Counted from the stretch's first letter, positions 1-11,440 are shown. The stretch is 32,000 bases of DNA from Escherichia coli O157:H7 (GCF_013168055.1 NZ_CP038402.1); one strand, 5' to 3'. Numbers and translations: made by a program. Notes: generated from the sequence alone by a model not told the origin.

Positions 1-678
1 GGCGAATACCCCGAAGATAATCGGGTTGGGAAGCATGAGCCGCACGATTTAAGTTTGACCCGTCGCGATCTGATTAAAGTGAGCGCCGCAACGGCGGCGG
101 CCGCCGTGGTTTATCCTCATTCTACGCTTGCGGCAAGCGTTCCGGCAGCTACACCCGCGCCTGAGATAATGCCCCTGACACTTAAGGTGAACGGCAAAAC
201 CGAGCAGCTTGAGGTGGATACCCGAACCACGCTACTGGACGCTTTGCGTGAAAATCTGCATTTGATCGGTACCAAGAAAGGTTGCGATCACGGACAGTGC
301 GGAGCCTGTACCGTGCTGGTCAATGGTCGCAGGCTTAATGCCTGCCTGACGCTTGCAGTCATGCATCAGGGGGCCGAGATCACCACCATTGAAGGCCTGG
401 GTTCACCAGATAATCTTCACCCCATGCAGGCGGCCTTTATCAAGCATGATGGCTTCCAGTGCGGCTACTGCACCTCCGGGCAAATTTGCTCATCAGTAGC
501 GGTGCTAAAAGAGATTCAGGACGGCATTCCCAGTCACGTCACGGTCGATTTGGTTTCCCCTCCAGAAAGAACTGCCGATGAGATCCGTGAACGTATGAGC
601 GGCAACATCTGTCGCTGTGGTGCATACGCTAACATCCTTGCCGCCATTGAAGACGCTGCGGGGGAGATAAAATCATGA
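1..678 (+). CDS. paoA: Aldehyde oxidoreductase 2Fe-2S subunit PaoA (5' end outside window)
   Basis: Frame is open from base 1 ([28 protein letters not shown]...). Twin-arginine signal TRRDLIKV and 2Fe-2S motifs [12 protein letters not shown] and CGYCTSGQ...GNICRCGAY. The ORF track starts late at 55. Confidence 0.96.
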   Translation, partial: GEYPEDNRVGKHEPHDLSLTRRDLIKVSAATAAAAVVYPHSTLAASVPAATPAPEIMPLTLKVNGKTEQLEVDTRTTLLDALRENLHLIGTKKGCDHGQCGACTVLVNGRRLNACLTLAVMHQGAEITTIEGLGSPDNLHPMQAAFIKHDGFQCGYCTSGQICSSVAVLKEIQDGIPSHVTVDLVSPPERTADEIRERMSGNICRCGAYANILAAIEDAAGEIKS

Positions 679-1631
679 AGGCGTTTACCTATGAACGAGT
701 GAACACCCCCGCCGAGGCGGCACTTAGCGCTCAGCGCGTACCCGGCGCAAAATTTATCGCGGGCGGGACCAATCTGCTGGACCTGATGAAGCTGGAAATT
801 GAAACGCCCACCCACCTTATCGATGTGAACGGGCTCGGGCTCGATAAGATCGAAGTGACCGACGCGGGTGGGCTGCGCATCGGCGCACTGGTACGGAACA
901 CCGACCTGGTGGCTCACGAGCGCGTGCGTCGTGATTACGCGGTACTCTCCCGCGCCCTGCTCGCTGGCGCGTCTGGTCAGTTACGCAATCAGGCAACCAC
1001 AGCAGGTAATCTGCTCCAGCGCACGCGCTGCCCCTATTTTTACGACACCAATCAGCCCTGCAATAAGCGCCTGCCCGGGAGCGGCTGCGCGGCGCTTGAA
1101 GGCTTTAGCCGTCAGCACGCGGTGGTAGGCGTAAGCGAAGCCTGCATTGCCACCCATCCGAGCGATATGGCGGTCGCAATGCGGTTGCTGGATGCGGTGG
1201 TGGAAACCATCACGCCGGAGGGAAAGACTCGCAGTATCACACTGGCTGATTTTTATCACCCACCGGGGAAAACGCCGCACATTGAAACCGCCCTGCTTCC
1301 CGGTGAGCTTATCGTTGCGGTGACGTTACCTCCGCCGCTCGGCGGAAAACATATCTACCGTAAGGTGCGCGATCGCGCCTCCTACGCCTTTGCCCTGGTA
1401 TCGGTCGCGGCGATTATTCAGCCTGACGGCAGCGGGCGCGTCGCGCTGGGCGGAGTAGCACATAAGCCCTGGCGCATTGAGGCTGCGGATGCTCAGCTAT
1501 CCCAGGGGGCGCAGGCCGTATATGACGCGCTGTTCGCCAGCGCCCATCCCACCGCTGAAAACACCTTTAAACTCCTGTTGGCGAAGCGAACGCTTGCCTC
1601 CGTACTGGCTGAAGCGAGGGCACAAGCATGA
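675..1631 (+). CDS. paoB: Aldehyde oxidoreductase FAD-binding subunit PaoB
   Basis: Overlaps the paoA stop by 4 nt. CO dehydrogenase flavoprotein features: [32 protein letters not shown]. Confidence 0.96.
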   Translation: MKAFTYERVNTPAEAALSAQRVPGAKFIAGGTNLLDLMKLEIETPTHLIDVNGLGLDKIEVTDAGGLRIGALVRNTDLVAHERVRRDYAVLSRALLAGASGQLRNQATTAGNLLQRTRCPYFYDTNQPCNKRLPGSGCAALEGFSRQHAVVGVSEACIATHPSDMAVAMRLLDAVVETITPEGKTRSITLADFYHPPGKTPHIETALLPGELIVAVTLPPPLGGKHIYRKVRDRASYAFALVSVAAIIQPDGSGRVALGGVAHKPWRIEAADAQLSQGAQAVYDALFASAHPTAENTFKLLLAKRTLASVLAEARAQA

Positions 1632-3826
1632 AATTTGATAAACCCGCAGGGGAAAACCCGATCGATCAGCTGAAGGTTGTCGGTCGTCCCCATGACCGCA
1701 TCGACGGACCGCTGAAAACTACCGGCACGGCACGCTACGCCTACGAATGGCATGAAGAATCCCCCAACGCCGCCTATGGCTATATCGTCGGTTCCGCCAT
1801 TGCCAAAGGACGCCTCACCGCCCTTGATACGGACGCCGCGCAAAAAGCGCCGGGCGTACTGCCTGTCATTACCGCCAGTAACGCCGGGGCACTCAGTAAA
1901 GGCGACAAAAACACCGCCAGGCTGTTAGGCGGCCCCACTATTGAGCACTATCATCAGGCCATTGCTCTGGTAGTGGCCGAGACCTTCGAACAGGCGCGAG
2001 CGGCGGCCTCGCTGGTGCAGGCGCACTATCGCCGTAATAAAGGAGCTTACTCCCTGGCGGACGAAAAACAGGCCGTCAGTCAGCCGCCGGAAGACACGCC
2101 CGACAAGAACGTCGGTGACTTTGACGGGGCTTTCTCCTCCGCTGCGGTGAAGATTGATGCTACCTACACGACCCCGGACCAGAGCCATATGGCGATGGAG
2201 CCGCATGCCTCGATGGCCGTCTGGGATGGAAATAAGCTTACTCTCTGGACCTCAAATCAGATGATTGACTGGTGCCGCACCGATCTGGCAAAAACGCTGA
2301 AAGTGCCCGTGGAGAATGTGCGTATTATCTCCCCGTATATCGGCGGAGGGTTTGGCGGCAAGCTGTTCCTGAGAAGCGATGCGCTGCTGGCGGCCCTCGC
2401 CGCCCGAGCGGTGAAACGTCCGGTTAAAGTGATGCTCCCCCGCCCCTCTATTCCCAATAACACCACGCACCGCCCCGCCACCCTTCAGCACTTGCGTATC
2501 GGTGCCGACCAGAGCGGGAAAATCACCGCTATCTCACATGAAAGCTGGTCTGGAAACCTGCCCGGCGGCACGCCGGAAACGGCGGTACAGCAAAGCGAAT
2601 TACTCTACGCCGGGGCAAACCGTCATACCGGCCTGCGGCTCGCCACGCTTGATTTGCCGGAAGGGAACGCCATGCGTGCGCCCGGCGAAGCCCCCGGTCT
2701 GATGGCGCTCGAAATCGCGATCGACGAACTGGCGGAAAAAGCGGGCATCGATCCCGTCGAGTTTCGCATCCTGAATGACACTCAGATTGACCCCGCCGAC
2801 CCGACGCGCCGCTTCTCTCGCCGTCAGCTTATCGAGTGCTTGCGCACCGGAGCGGATAAATTTGGTTGGAAGCAGCGCAACGCCACACCCGGACAGGTGC
2901 GCGACGGGGAGTGGCTAGTCGGCCACGGCGTCGCGGCGGGCTTTCGCAATAATCTGCTGGAAAAATCGGGGGCTCGGGTTCACCTCGAACCAAACGGCAC
3001 CGTTACCGTGGAAACGGACATGACCGACATTGGCACCGGCAGCTACACCATTCTGGCCCAGACGGCAGCGGAAATGCTTGGCGTACCGCTGGAGCAGGTT
3101 GCGGTTCACCTCGGCGATTCCAGTTTCCCGGTTTCTGCGGGTTCTGGTGGACAATGGGGCGCGAATACCTCCACCTCCGGCGTTTACGCCGCCTGTGTGA
3201 AGCTTCGCGAAATGATTGCCTCGGCAGTCGGGTTTGATCCTGAGCAGTCGCAGTTTGCCGACGGCAAGATTACCAACGGTACCCGAAGCGCCATACTACA
3301 TGAGGCCACCGCAGGCGGCAGACTGACAGCGGAAGAGAGCATTGAATTCGGAACACTGAGCAAGGAGTACCAGCAGTCGACCTTTGCCGGGCATTTTGTG
3401 GAGGTCGGCGTGCATAGCGCGACGGGAGAAGTTCGGGTCCGGCGTATGCTCGCTGTGTGTGCTGCAGGACGCATCCTGAATCCGAAAACTGCACGCAGCC
3501 AAGTCATTGGCGCAATGACTATGGGCATGGGCGCGGCACTGATGGAGGAGCTGGCGGTGGATGACCGTTTGGGCTACTTCGTTAATCACGATATGGCGGG
3601 GTATGAGGTGCCGGTCCATGCGGATATCCCAAAACAGGAAGTGATTTTCCTGGATGATACCGACCCCATATCCTCCCCGATGAAGGCCAAAGGTGTCGGT
3701 GAGCTGGGCCTGTGCGGCGTGAGCGCGGCTATCGCCAACGCGGTGTATAACGCCACCGGTATTCGGGTACGCGATTATCCCATCACTCTGGATAAGCTGC
3801 TCGATAAGCTGCCGGATGTGGTTTAA
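1628..3826 (+). CDS. paoC: Aldehyde oxidoreductase molybdenum-binding subunit PaoC
   Basis: 732 aa xanthine-oxidase-type large subunit: [36 protein letters not shown]. Confidence 0.96.
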   Translation: MKFDKPAGENPIDQLKVVGRPHDRIDGPLKTTGTARYAYEWHEESPNAAYGYIVGSAIAKGRLTALDTDAAQKAPGVLPVITASNAGALSKGDKNTARLLGGPTIEHYHQAIALVVAETFEQARAAASLVQAHYRRNKGAYSLADEKQAVSQPPEDTPDKNVGDFDGAFSSAAVKIDATYTTPDQSHMAMEPHASMAVWDGNKLTLWTSNQMIDWCRTDLAKTLKVPVENVRIISPYIGGGFGGKLFLRSDALLAALAARAVKRPVKVMLPRPSIPNNTTHRPATLQHLRIGADQSGKITAISHESWSGNLPGGTPETAVQQSELLYAGANRHTGLRLATLDLPEGNAMRAPGEAPGLMALEIAIDELAEKAGIDPVEFRILNDTQIDPADPTRRFSRRQLIECLRTGADKFGWKQRNATPGQVRDGEWLVGHGVAAGFRNNLLEKSGARVHLEPNGTVTVETDMTDIGTGSYTILAQTAAEMLGVPLEQVAVHLGDSSFPVSAGSGGQWGANTSTSGVYAACVKLREMIASAVGFDPEQSQFADGKITNGTRSAILHEATAGGRLTAEESIEFGTLSKEYQQSTFAGHFVEVGVHSATGEVRVRRMLAVCAAGRILNPKTARSQVIGAMTMGMGAALMEELAVDDRLGYFVNHDMAGYEVPVHADIPKQEVIFLDDTDPISSPMKAKGVGELGLCGVSAAIANAVYNATGIRVRDYPITLDKLLDKLPDVV

Positions 3827-3835
3827 GGAGGAACA

Positions 3836-4792
3836 ATGTCATACCCGCTTTTTGATAAAGACGAACACTGGCATAAGCCAGAGCAGGCGTTTCTCACCGA
3901 TGACCACCGGACCATTCTGCGCTTCGCCGTAGAGGCGCTAATGTCCGGTAAAGGAGCGGTGCTGGTGACGCTGGTGGAGATACGCGGCGGCGCGGCGCGC
4001 CCGCTCGGGGCGCAGATGGTGGTGCGCGAAGATGGTCGTTACTGCGGTTTTGTCTCTGGCGGCTGCGTGGAGGCCGCTGCCGCTTTTGAAGCGCTGGAGA
4101 TGATGGGCTCAGGCTGCGATCGCGAAATTCGCTATGGCGAAGGTTCGCCGTGGTTTGACATCGTTCTGCCCTGCGGCGGTGGGATCACGCTGACGCTCCA
4201 TAAACTACGCTCGGCACAGCCTCTGCTCGCCGTGCTGAACCGCCTGGAACAGAGAAAACCGGCGGGGCTGCGCTACGATCCGCAAGCACAATCGTTGGTG
4301 TGCCTGCCCACGCAAACCCGAACGGGCTGGAATCTCAATGGCTTTGAGGTGGGGTTCAGGCCATGCGTCAGGCTGATGATTTACGGACGTTCTCTTGAGG
4401 CGCAGGCAACCGCGAGTCTTGCAGCAGCCACAGGCTATGACAGCCATATCTTCGATCTTTTTCCGGCCTCAGCCAGCGCTCAGATCGATACCGATACGGC
4501 GGTCATTTTGCTGTGCCATGATCTCAACCGGGAGCTGCCAGTGTTGCAGGCCGCGCGAGAAGCAAAACCCTTTTATCTCGGCGCATTGGGCAGCTATCGA
4601 ACCCACACGTTACGTCTGCAAAAGCTCCACGAGCTGGGATGGTCCAGGGAGGAGACAGCGCAAATCCGGGCACCCGTCGGGATATTCCCCAAAGCCCGGA
4701 ATGCGCATACACTGGCCCTCTCCGTGCTGGCAGAAGTCGCCTCTGTACGTCTCCATCAGGAGGAGGATTCATGCCTGCCCCCGTCGTCCTGA
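3836..4792 (+). CDS. paoD: Molybdenum cofactor insertion chaperone PaoD (XdhC/CoxI-like)
   Basis: 318 aa, directly downstream of paoC. XdhC-type motifs: VTLVEIRGGAARPLGAQMVV, GSYRTHTLRLQKL. Confidence 0.93.
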   Translation: MSYPLFDKDEHWHKPEQAFLTDDHRTILRFAVEALMSGKGAVLVTLVEIRGGAARPLGAQMVVREDGRYCGFVSGGCVEAAAAFEALEMMGSGCDREIRYGEGSPWFDIVLPCGGGITLTLHKLRSAQPLLAVLNRLEQRKPAGLRYDPQAQSLVCLPTQTRTGWNLNGFEVGFRPCVRLMIYGRSLEAQATASLAAATGYDSHIFDLFPASASAQIDTDTAVILLCHDLNRELPVLQAAREAKPFYLGALGSYRTHTLRLQKLHELGWSREETAQIRAPVGIFPKARNAHTLALSVLAEVASVRLHQEEDSCLPPSS

Positions 4793-4851
4793 TCCTTGCG
4801 GCCGGGCGTGGAAAGCGCTTTCTCACCTCCGGGGGAAATACCATAAATTAA
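4771..4851 (+). pseudogene. Truncated MobA/MocA-like nucleotidyltransferase N-terminus (26 codons)
   Basis: MPAPVVLILAAGRGKRFLTSGGNTIN. The LAAGRGxRF nucleotidyltransferase motif is preceded by AGGAGG, then the frame ends abruptly. Confidence 0.6.
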
Positions 4852-4970
4852 GAGAAAAATTTGCAGTAGCCGTTTTAGAAAATCACCTAAATCGTTTAAA
4901 AGAGCGCCCTACCCATAGTGGTTGCTCATCGCCTTGTGTAACTTTTTCAGCAACGCGCGCCCTCGCCGGA

Positions 4971-6164
4971 CTAAAGCGCACCGGCCTTCTGGCGTGCTGT
5001 AACAAAGGTCAGTACGCCCGCGCAAAGGAGCAGCACACTACTCATGGCAAACGTACTCTGCCAGCCAAGGCGGTCAAACACGATGCCTCCTGCCGTTGAT
5101 CCAAGGGCGATTGAGAGCTGAATCACCGCGACCATGAGCCCGCCTCCGGCTTCGGCGTTGTCAGGCAACGTACGCGCAATCCATGTCCACCATCCGGTTG
5201 GCGCGGCGGTGGCCAGCATGCCCCAGAGTCCTAACAGCAGCGAGACCATCCAGACGTGATGCCCGGTAAGCATCAGACCGATGGCAATGACGGCCATCAG
5301 TCCGGGTATGGCCATCAGCGTGGGGTAGAATTTTCTGTTGAGAAATATCGAAACAACCAGCGTGCCAATAAAACCGGCCACGCCGATAATCAGCAAAATC
5401 AACGACAAGCCTAAGGAATTAACCCGTGTCACCGACTCCAGAAATGGGCGCACATAGGTGAATAGCGCAAACTGCCCCATGAAAAACAGGCCACAAGCTA
5501 TCATGCCGACCACAACCATGCGGCGGCTAAATAAGCGGAATACCGCGCCACATGACGTGTGGCTTTTATTCGCATCCATGCTGGGCAGACTAATGCACTG
5601 CCAGATAAAGGCGACAACCGCCATGGGCACCAAGCACAAGAAAGCGCCTCGCCATCCGACCGTAGCCCCCAGATAGCTTCCCAGCGGCGCGGCCACGACC
5701 GTCGCCAGCGCATTACCGGCGTTGAAAATCGCCAGCGCACGCGTGACCTGATGCTGCGGCACCAGACGAATCGCCGTTGCCGCTGACATCGACCAGAATC
5801 CGCCAATGGCCACACCAATCATCGCACGACCGACCATATACATCAGATAACTGGTAGCCAGCGCAATAATAAGCCCCGATACGGCCATCAGAACCGTCAT
5901 CCCCAGCAGCAGGAACTTACGATTCATCTTTCCAGCTAGCGTTGAAAGCGTCAGGCTGGTCAGAACCGCCAGCGCACCGGAGATAGCAATCCCCCGCCCT
6001 GCCAGCCCCTCCGTCACGCCCAGGTCACGGGCAATCGGCGTGAGCAGGCTGACGGGCATAAATTCAGAAGCAATCAGCACAAACACGCACAGGGTCATGG
6101 CAAAAATACCGCCCCAGTATGCGTGCTGATGATGAGGTGATGGTGTTTGGCTTAGTGTCGACAT
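4971..6164 (-). CDS. MFS transporter (DHA1-type, NepI/AraJ-like)
   Basis: 397 aa with about 12 hydrophobic segments; VPQHQVTRALAIFNAGNALATVVAAPLGSYLG. Confidence 0.85.
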   Translation of the reverse strand: MSTLSQTPSPHHQHAYWGGIFAMTLCVFVLIASEFMPVSLLTPIARDLGVTEGLAGRGIAISGALAVLTSLTLSTLAGKMNRKFLLLGMTVLMAVSGLIIALATSYLMYMVGRAMIGVAIGGFWSMSAATAIRLVPQHQVTRALAIFNAGNALATVVAAPLGSYLGATVGWRGAFLCLVPMAVVAFIWQCISLPSMDANKSHTSCGAVFRLFSRRMVVVGMIACGLFFMGQFALFTYVRPFLESVTRVNSLGLSLILLIIGVAGFIGTLVVSIFLNRKFYPTLMAIPGLMAVIAIGLMLTGHHVWMVSLLLGLWGMLATAAPTGWWTWIARTLPDNAEAGGGLMVAVIQLSIALGSTAGGIVFDRLGWQSTFAMSSVLLLCAGVLTFVTARQKAGAL

Positions 6165-6239
6165 AGTGAAATTTCACAAAGATCAGGATAAAAGCCACCG
6201 GCCATAGACCGGTGGCTTTGCATCAATTCAGGGGAGGTT

Positions 6240-7397
6240 TTATTTCAGTTTGGTCTGGAAAAATTGTTCGAACTTCGCGAAAGGTATTTTTCCGGCCACG
6301 TTATCGTACAGGTCCACGTGATTTGCCCCTGGTACCACCACCAACTCTTTGTCTTTACTGCCAACCGCCTTGTAAGCATCTTCAGCAAAATAGCGTGAAT
6401 GTGCTTTCTCACCGGTCACAATCAGCGTCGGAATGGTGATTTCACTGGCGTAGCTCAACAGCGGCATATTCATAAATGACAGCGGCATCGTTGCCGTCCA
6501 CGCCCCGGTAGAGTTAACGGAACGTTCGTGGAAGCCGCGCGGCATGCGATAGTAGTCAAAGAACTCTTTCAGTACCGGATGAGGATTTGCCGGCAGCGTT
6601 TCTGGCAGAATGCGCTCGCCCGCACTGACCTTGCCGTTGCTATCGACATTAATATCATGACCACCGTGAGCGAACGTTCCGCTCTGCGCATCCTTCCAGC
6701 GCTGTTCATTCAAATATTGCAGAACAGCACGACGGTCGGCGGTAGAATAACGGTCTTCGCCATCCCCCACACCATGGCCCATCGCCCGGCTCATGTCATA
6801 CATCACGCTGGTAGCAACCGCTTTAACGCGGGTATCCATCGCCGCGTCGTTCAGCGCCATGCCGCCCCAGCCACAAATACCGAGCAGCCCGATACGGTTG
6901 CGATCTACCTCTTTTTGCAGCCCTAAGAAATCCACCGCCGCGCTGAAATCTTCAGTGTTGATATCCGGTGAGGCGACATTTCGCGGATAGCCGCCGCTTT
7001 CCCCGGTGTAAGAAGGATCGAACGCCAGGGTAACAAACCCTCGTTCCGCCAGCGTCTGCGCATACAAGCCGCTGGATTGCTCTTTCACCGCGCCAAATGG
7101 CCCACTGACCGCAATCGCCGCCAGCTTGCGATCGCCACGGTCTTTAGGCAGGTAAAGATCGCCCACTAAGGTGATGCCATATCGGTTCGGGAACGAGACT
7201 TTACGGTGATCGACTTTCTGGCTCTCGGCGAACGTTTTATCCCATTTATCGGTCATGGACACAGGGGCATTAGGATTGGTTGAATCAGCATAACTCATTG
7301 TCGTGACTCCACTTAATGATGCGAAAAGCAGCATGACCGGCATCGCGGTTTTTAGCGTTCGGGTGAAGGCTTTCATAAAAATCCCCATAAAAAACAA
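6240..7397 (-). CDS. Secreted alpha/beta hydrolase (YcjY / dienelactone-hydrolase-like)
   Basis: Signal peptide-like N-terminus; GLLGICGWGGMAL nucleophile elbow region; late VVVPGANHVDLYD histidine region. Confidence 0.8.
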   Translation of the reverse strand: MFFMGIFMKAFTRTLKTAMPVMLLFASLSGVTTMSYADSTNPNAPVSMTDKWDKTFAESQKVDHRKVSFPNRYGITLVGDLYLPKDRGDRKLAAIAVSGPFGAVKEQSSGLYAQTLAERGFVTLAFDPSYTGESGGYPRNVASPDINTEDFSAAVDFLGLQKEVDRNRIGLLGICGWGGMALNDAAMDTRVKAVATSVMYDMSRAMGHGVGDGEDRYSTADRRAVLQYLNEQRWKDAQSGTFAHGGHDINVDSNGKVSAGERILPETLPANPHPVLKEFFDYYRMPRGFHERSVNSTGAWTATMPLSFMNMPLLSYASEITIPTLIVTGEKAHSRYFAEDAYKAVGSKDKELVVVPGANHVDLYDNVAGKIPFAKFEQFFQTKLK

Positions 7398-7468
7398 CAG
7401 AGAGATACAGGTTTCCGACGGACAACGCTGCGGTGCTTTACTTTGATGGGGTCATTATAGTGAGCAGA

Positions 7469-7537
7469 ATTAGTGCTGATTAGGGGGCGATTAATGCTAA
7501 GATTAATACCATATTGTTATAAATTAATGCTGAGATT
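7469..7537. promoter_or_regulatory. Three direct repeats ATTARTGCT(R)(A)GATT in the divergent hydrolase/LysR intergenic region
   Basis: ATTAGTGCTGATT at 7469, ATTAATGCTAAGATT at 7490, ATTAATGCTGAGATT at 7523. Confidence 0.55.
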
Positions 7538-7543
7538 GCCGGC

Positions 7544-8446
7544 ATGAAGGGGAATGTTTCAATGGCAAAAAGGGAGAACTACAACGAGCTATACCTGTTT
7601 ATGCAGGTGGTGCGGGAAGGCAGCTTTACCGCAGCGGCTAAGCGGCTGGGTCTTGCTCAGTCAGGAGTCAGCCGTTCTGTTCGCGAGCTTGAAGAAAGGC
7701 TGGGCGTCCAGCTGCTGGTGCGCACCACGCGTAAACTGTCGCTGACGCAAGCAGGCGAGCAGCTCTACCAGAAGACGGCATCTGGATTTGAAATGTTAGA
7801 TCTTGGGCTTGCCACGCTGGCGCACTATCGAGAGACGCCCTCCGGCACGGTGCGTATCAATGCCAGCCAGCACGCGATTGATAAATGCCTGCTGCCAAAG
7901 CTGGCGGTATTTAAACAGCGATATCCTGATATCCAGCTTGAACTGATAAATGAGAGCCGGTTCGTCGATATCATCGAGGAAAGATTCGATGCAGGTGTCC
8001 GCCTGGGGCCTGAAGTCAGCCAGGGCATGGTCGCGGTACGCATCACGCCCGATATGGAGATGGCAATTGTGGGGACTCCGGAACATTTTCGTCGCTATGG
8101 TTTTCCGCAAACCCCGGCGGATTTAAAGGCGCATCCCTGTATCGCCTATCAGTTTGCCGACGGCAGCGTATACCAGTGGGAACTCAATCAGGATGATAAA
8201 AAAATCACTCATCAACCCGAAGGACAATGGGCCTTTTCCGACAGCTATATGGAAGCAGAAGCCGCCCGGCTGGGCCTCGGGTTGGCCTATGTTCCTGTTG
8301 AACTGGTCGCGGATGATTTAGAACACGGTAAGCTTATCAGAGTGTTGCAGCGTTACAGCCTGCGAATGGAGGGATTGTTTCTCTATTACCCTCATCGCAA
8401 CGTCTCCCCCGCTCTGCGGATGGTCATTGATACATTGAAAATCTGA
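7544..8446 (+). CDS. LysR-family transcriptional regulator (start may be 7562)
   Basis: N-terminal HTH: LYLFMQVVREGSFTAAAKRLGLAQSGVSRSVRELEERLGVQLLVRTTRKLSLTQAG. Confidence 0.93.
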   Translation: MKGNVSMAKRENYNELYLFMQVVREGSFTAAAKRLGLAQSGVSRSVRELEERLGVQLLVRTTRKLSLTQAGEQLYQKTASGFEMLDLGLATLAHYRETPSGTVRINASQHAIDKCLLPKLAVFKQRYPDIQLELINESRFVDIIEERFDAGVRLGPEVSQGMVAVRITPDMEMAIVGTPEHFRRYGFPQTPADLKAHPCIAYQFADGSVYQWELNQDDKKITHQPEGQWAFSDSYMEAEAARLGLGLAYVPVELVADDLEHGKLIRVLQRYSLRMEGLFLYYPHRNVSPALRMVIDTLKI

Positions 8447-9148
8447 ACGTTAACAACGACCGACTCTTCACTGTGCAATATTGTGTCAGGTAGTCACTCT
8501 GCGTTCAATTCCAGGGGCCGCTTTGAGCGAGAAAGAGCGGACTTATCTGTACAAGGGGACTATCCAGCAATGGAGATCATCCAAAAGAAAAAACCACCTG
8601 GCTCCCCTCGACAACCTTAATCCGGGCATTTAGCCTCAATCAACATTTTCATATCTGTCAGGTTACTTCATTATGAAAACCGATCAATACCGTTGTTTTT
8701 GTTGCAACAGTAGAATACGCGTATTTATCCCTCCATTTCTATTAATAACGGCAATAAACTGTTCATTTCACTGATATTTAAAATATGCATCCTTTTCAAG
8801 CTGTTCAGCGGCGTAAGAAAACGTATTAAATATGAATTCGACGATTTAACCATTTCTGTCTGATTGGTAATCATCTGTGATTAATGCTGGTCTATTGATT
8901 ACTCCAGCATTAACCGCTTAGGGATGTATTCTTCCTGTTGATATACAGCCCTCGAAAAAGAGAGAAAATAAAACTGTGTCCAATATTACTCTACCACTCC
9001 AGACCGAAGCATCGGTAGAATTAGCAGAACGACTGGTACAATAGATTGGGATAGCGTCATTTGTCAGGTATTCCATTGCCTGACAAATGACAATTTTGAG
9101 TCAATAGACGTGCTTCTTGATCATGTCTTAAAAATTATACCATGAGCC

Positions 9149-9427
9149 TTATGAAGCATCATTTTTACTGACTGGTGTTAACTTTGCTATCATATAAACT
9201 CTGTTCTTAAAAAACGCGCCCAGAATTTTATATGATTTCCCTTGTTTTTCTGCCTGTAAAGAAATTTCTTTTTCAGTGCTGTTAATGGTTGAACCGACGG
9301 CAGTAATCGTTTTGGCGACGCTACTGAATGATAATAAAGACAGTGCAACCACAACAATTAAAGAACAGATAGTATTCACGCTAATTTCCCTGACAATTGA
9401 GAGGATGAGTTTTATATATAAAGACAT
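9149..9427 (-). CDS. Small secreted/envelope protein, possibly DUF1471 (YdgH/BhsA/McbA)-like
   Basis: Hydrophobic N-terminus, then VGSTINSTEKEISLQAEKQGKSYKILGAFFKNRVYMIAKL, resembling the DUF1471 pattern (aK.gakyYkI......l.gtA.iy). Confidence 0.45.
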   Translation of the reverse strand: MSLYIKLILSIVREISVNTICSLIVVVALSLLSFSSVAKTITAVGSTINSTEKEISLQAEKQGKSYKILGAFFKNRVYMIAKLTPVSKNDAS

Positions 9428-9593
9428 TAAACATGAGTCATGTTTACTTCCTGTGAAAAATAATCTTTCTGTAATTAAACCTTCATCTCCTTCGGGGTGA
9501 GCAATACATAATGTATCTTGCTATGAAAAACACAGGGATATATAAATATTCCTTCTGACCTATTTAATAAAACGTGAATGTAAAAGTTATTCT

Positions 9594-10331
9594 TCAGTTT
9601 GCAGATGCAGTGGGTCTGATGGTAATTTCGGTTGTATCAACGCTTTCGGGAGATTCAATAATATGCCTTACAGCACGGGCAATATCCGCGGGTTGAAGTG
9701 CAACAGAACGGTAGGCGTCCATTGCCTTCATGGTTTCCACATGGGTAATGGTTGAAGCCAGTTCACTTTCGACAACGCCAGGATTTACGCAGGTCACACG
9801 GATTTTCGAGCTTTCCTGCCGTAAGCCATCAGAAATAGCCCGTACTGCAAATTTTGATGCACAATAGACTGCGCCTGTGGGCACAACAGAAAGGGCACCA
9901 ATAGAACCAAGATTGATTATCTGACCGGAACCCTGTGCTTCCATCACCGGAAGTACAGCGCCAATTCCCCACAGTACACCTTTGATATTCACGTCAATAG
10001 TGAGCGCCCATTCATCTTGTTTTCCTGCTGCAAGCGGTGAAAGCGGCATAACGCCCGCATTATTGATAAGAACATCAACTCGCCCCCAGCTATCCAGCGC
10101 TGCTTGCACGAAATCGGCCATGGACTGTCGGTCTGTGACATCCAACTCCCGCGCTTTAGCAATTCCTCCTGCGCGGCAGATTTCGGTTGCAATGGCTTCG
10201 ATACGCTCAACTCTGCGTGCTCCCAGTAAAACCTTTGCACCTGTCATTCCAAGCTCTCTGGCAATACCTTCCCCAATACCACTTGATGCGCCGGTAATTA
10301 ATATGACCTTATCCATTACGTTCTCCTTCAA
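9594..10331 (-). CDS. Short-chain dehydrogenase/reductase
   Basis: TGASSGIG, VLINNAGVMPLSP, and YCASKFAVRAISDGLRQE (YxxxK). Confidence 0.93.
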   Translation of the reverse strand: MKENVMDKVILITGASSGIGEGIARELGMTGAKVLLGARRVERIEAIATEICRAGGIAKARELDVTDRQSMADFVQAALDSWGRVDVLINNAGVMPLSPLAAGKQDEWALTIDVNIKGVLWGIGAVLPVMEAQGSGQIINLGSIGALSVVPTGAVYCASKFAVRAISDGLRQESSKIRVTCVNPGVVESELASTITHVETMKAMDAYRSVALQPADIARAVRHIIESPESVDTTEITIRPTASAN

Positions 10332-10414
10332 ATGTGTTCGGAGAGAGAATAGAACTTTATGATTGGTTCCAGTATCCTGCTTTCAATGTACTCAGTGGTT
10401 AGCGGCATTAAACA

Positions 10415-11314
10415 ATGAAAATCGATCTTAATCTTTTACCCATTTTTATCGCGGTAGCAGAAGAGAGTAATTTTAGTAAAGCCGCCGCACGGCTGGGCGT
10501 TACCCGTTCAGCGGTCAGTCAGGGAATAAGACGCCTTGAAGATGCATTCGGGACAATGCTTGTAATGCGGACCACGCGCTCAGTTAATTTGACAGAAGCG
10601 GGAGAACGGCTGCATAAATCGCTGTCATTACCTTTATCCGGTATTGAGGCAGCGTTCGAAGAGATGGTTTCTGACCATGTGCCACGCGGACTTCTCAGAA
10701 TCGCGGTGACGTCAATAGCTGAAGAATTTCTTTCAGGTCCGCTAATCGCTTCGTTTGCAGCAGCCAATCCAGCCGTTACGCTTGATATTGTTGTCACGGA
10801 TGAGGAATTCGATATCGTGGCCGCAGGTTACGATGCTGGCGTAAGGCTCGGAGAGGTCATTGAAAAAGACATGATTGCTGTGCCCCTTACCGGCAGGCAG
10901 CGTGAAATGGTCGTTGCCTCTCCCTCCTATCTCGCAGCCAACAGCACACCTGTTCATCCGCGTGAACTTGTGAATCATAAGTGTATCGGCTGGCGTCAGT
11001 CCCCGGAGGTTGCGCCTTATCGCTGGCCATTTGAAGAAAACGGGAGAGCTTTCGACCTTGCGATTGAACCGCAGATTACGACTAATGATCTGCGTCTGAT
11101 GTTGAGGCTGGCTCTTGCCGGCGGAGGAATAACAATTGCCACTCAGGAAACTTTCAGGCCGTATATTGAAAGCGGTAAGCTTGTATCTCTGCTTGATGAC
11201 TTTCTTCCACAATTTCCGGGCTTCTATCTGTATTTCCCACAGCGTCGCAATATTGCACCAAAGCTCCGCGCTCTGATTGACCACGTTAAGGAATGGCGGC
11301 AGCAATTGGCTTAA
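10415..11314 (+). CDS. LysR-family transcriptional regulator, divergent from the SDR gene
   Basis: LLPIFIAVAEESNFSKAAARLGVTRSAVSQGIRRLEDAFGTMLVMRTTRSVNLTEAG. Confidence 0.93.
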   Translation: MKIDLNLLPIFIAVAEESNFSKAAARLGVTRSAVSQGIRRLEDAFGTMLVMRTTRSVNLTEAGERLHKSLSLPLSGIEAAFEEMVSDHVPRGLLRIAVTSIAEEFLSGPLIASFAAANPAVTLDIVVTDEEFDIVAAGYDAGVRLGEVIEKDMIAVPLTGRQREMVVASPSYLAANSTPVHPRELVNHKCIGWRQSPEVAPYRWPFEENGRAFDLAIEPQITTNDLRLMLRLALAGGGITIATQETFRPYIESGKLVSLLDDFLPQFPGFYLYFPQRRNIAPKLRALIDHVKEWRQQLA

Positions 11315-11440
11315 ATGTCTGCACCTGCATTGCCTGATGTCAGAACAGTATTTTGATTAATTGCCAGGGTTACAATGGCACAAATGCGGCACAGGAGGAA
11401 ACGTGGTGTATTTAAATATGGGGTAACTACTTGATTTAAA

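Noticed and set aside
4395-5099. 234-aa plus-strand ORF overlapping paoD and the MFS gene region
   Set aside because: Alternate-frame shadow of paoD with low-complexity Arg/Pro/Ser composition. It conflicts with better-supported genes.
10742-11305. 187-aa minus-strand ORF opposite the LysR gene
   Set aside because: Antisense shadow of a clear LysR CDS with no family signature.
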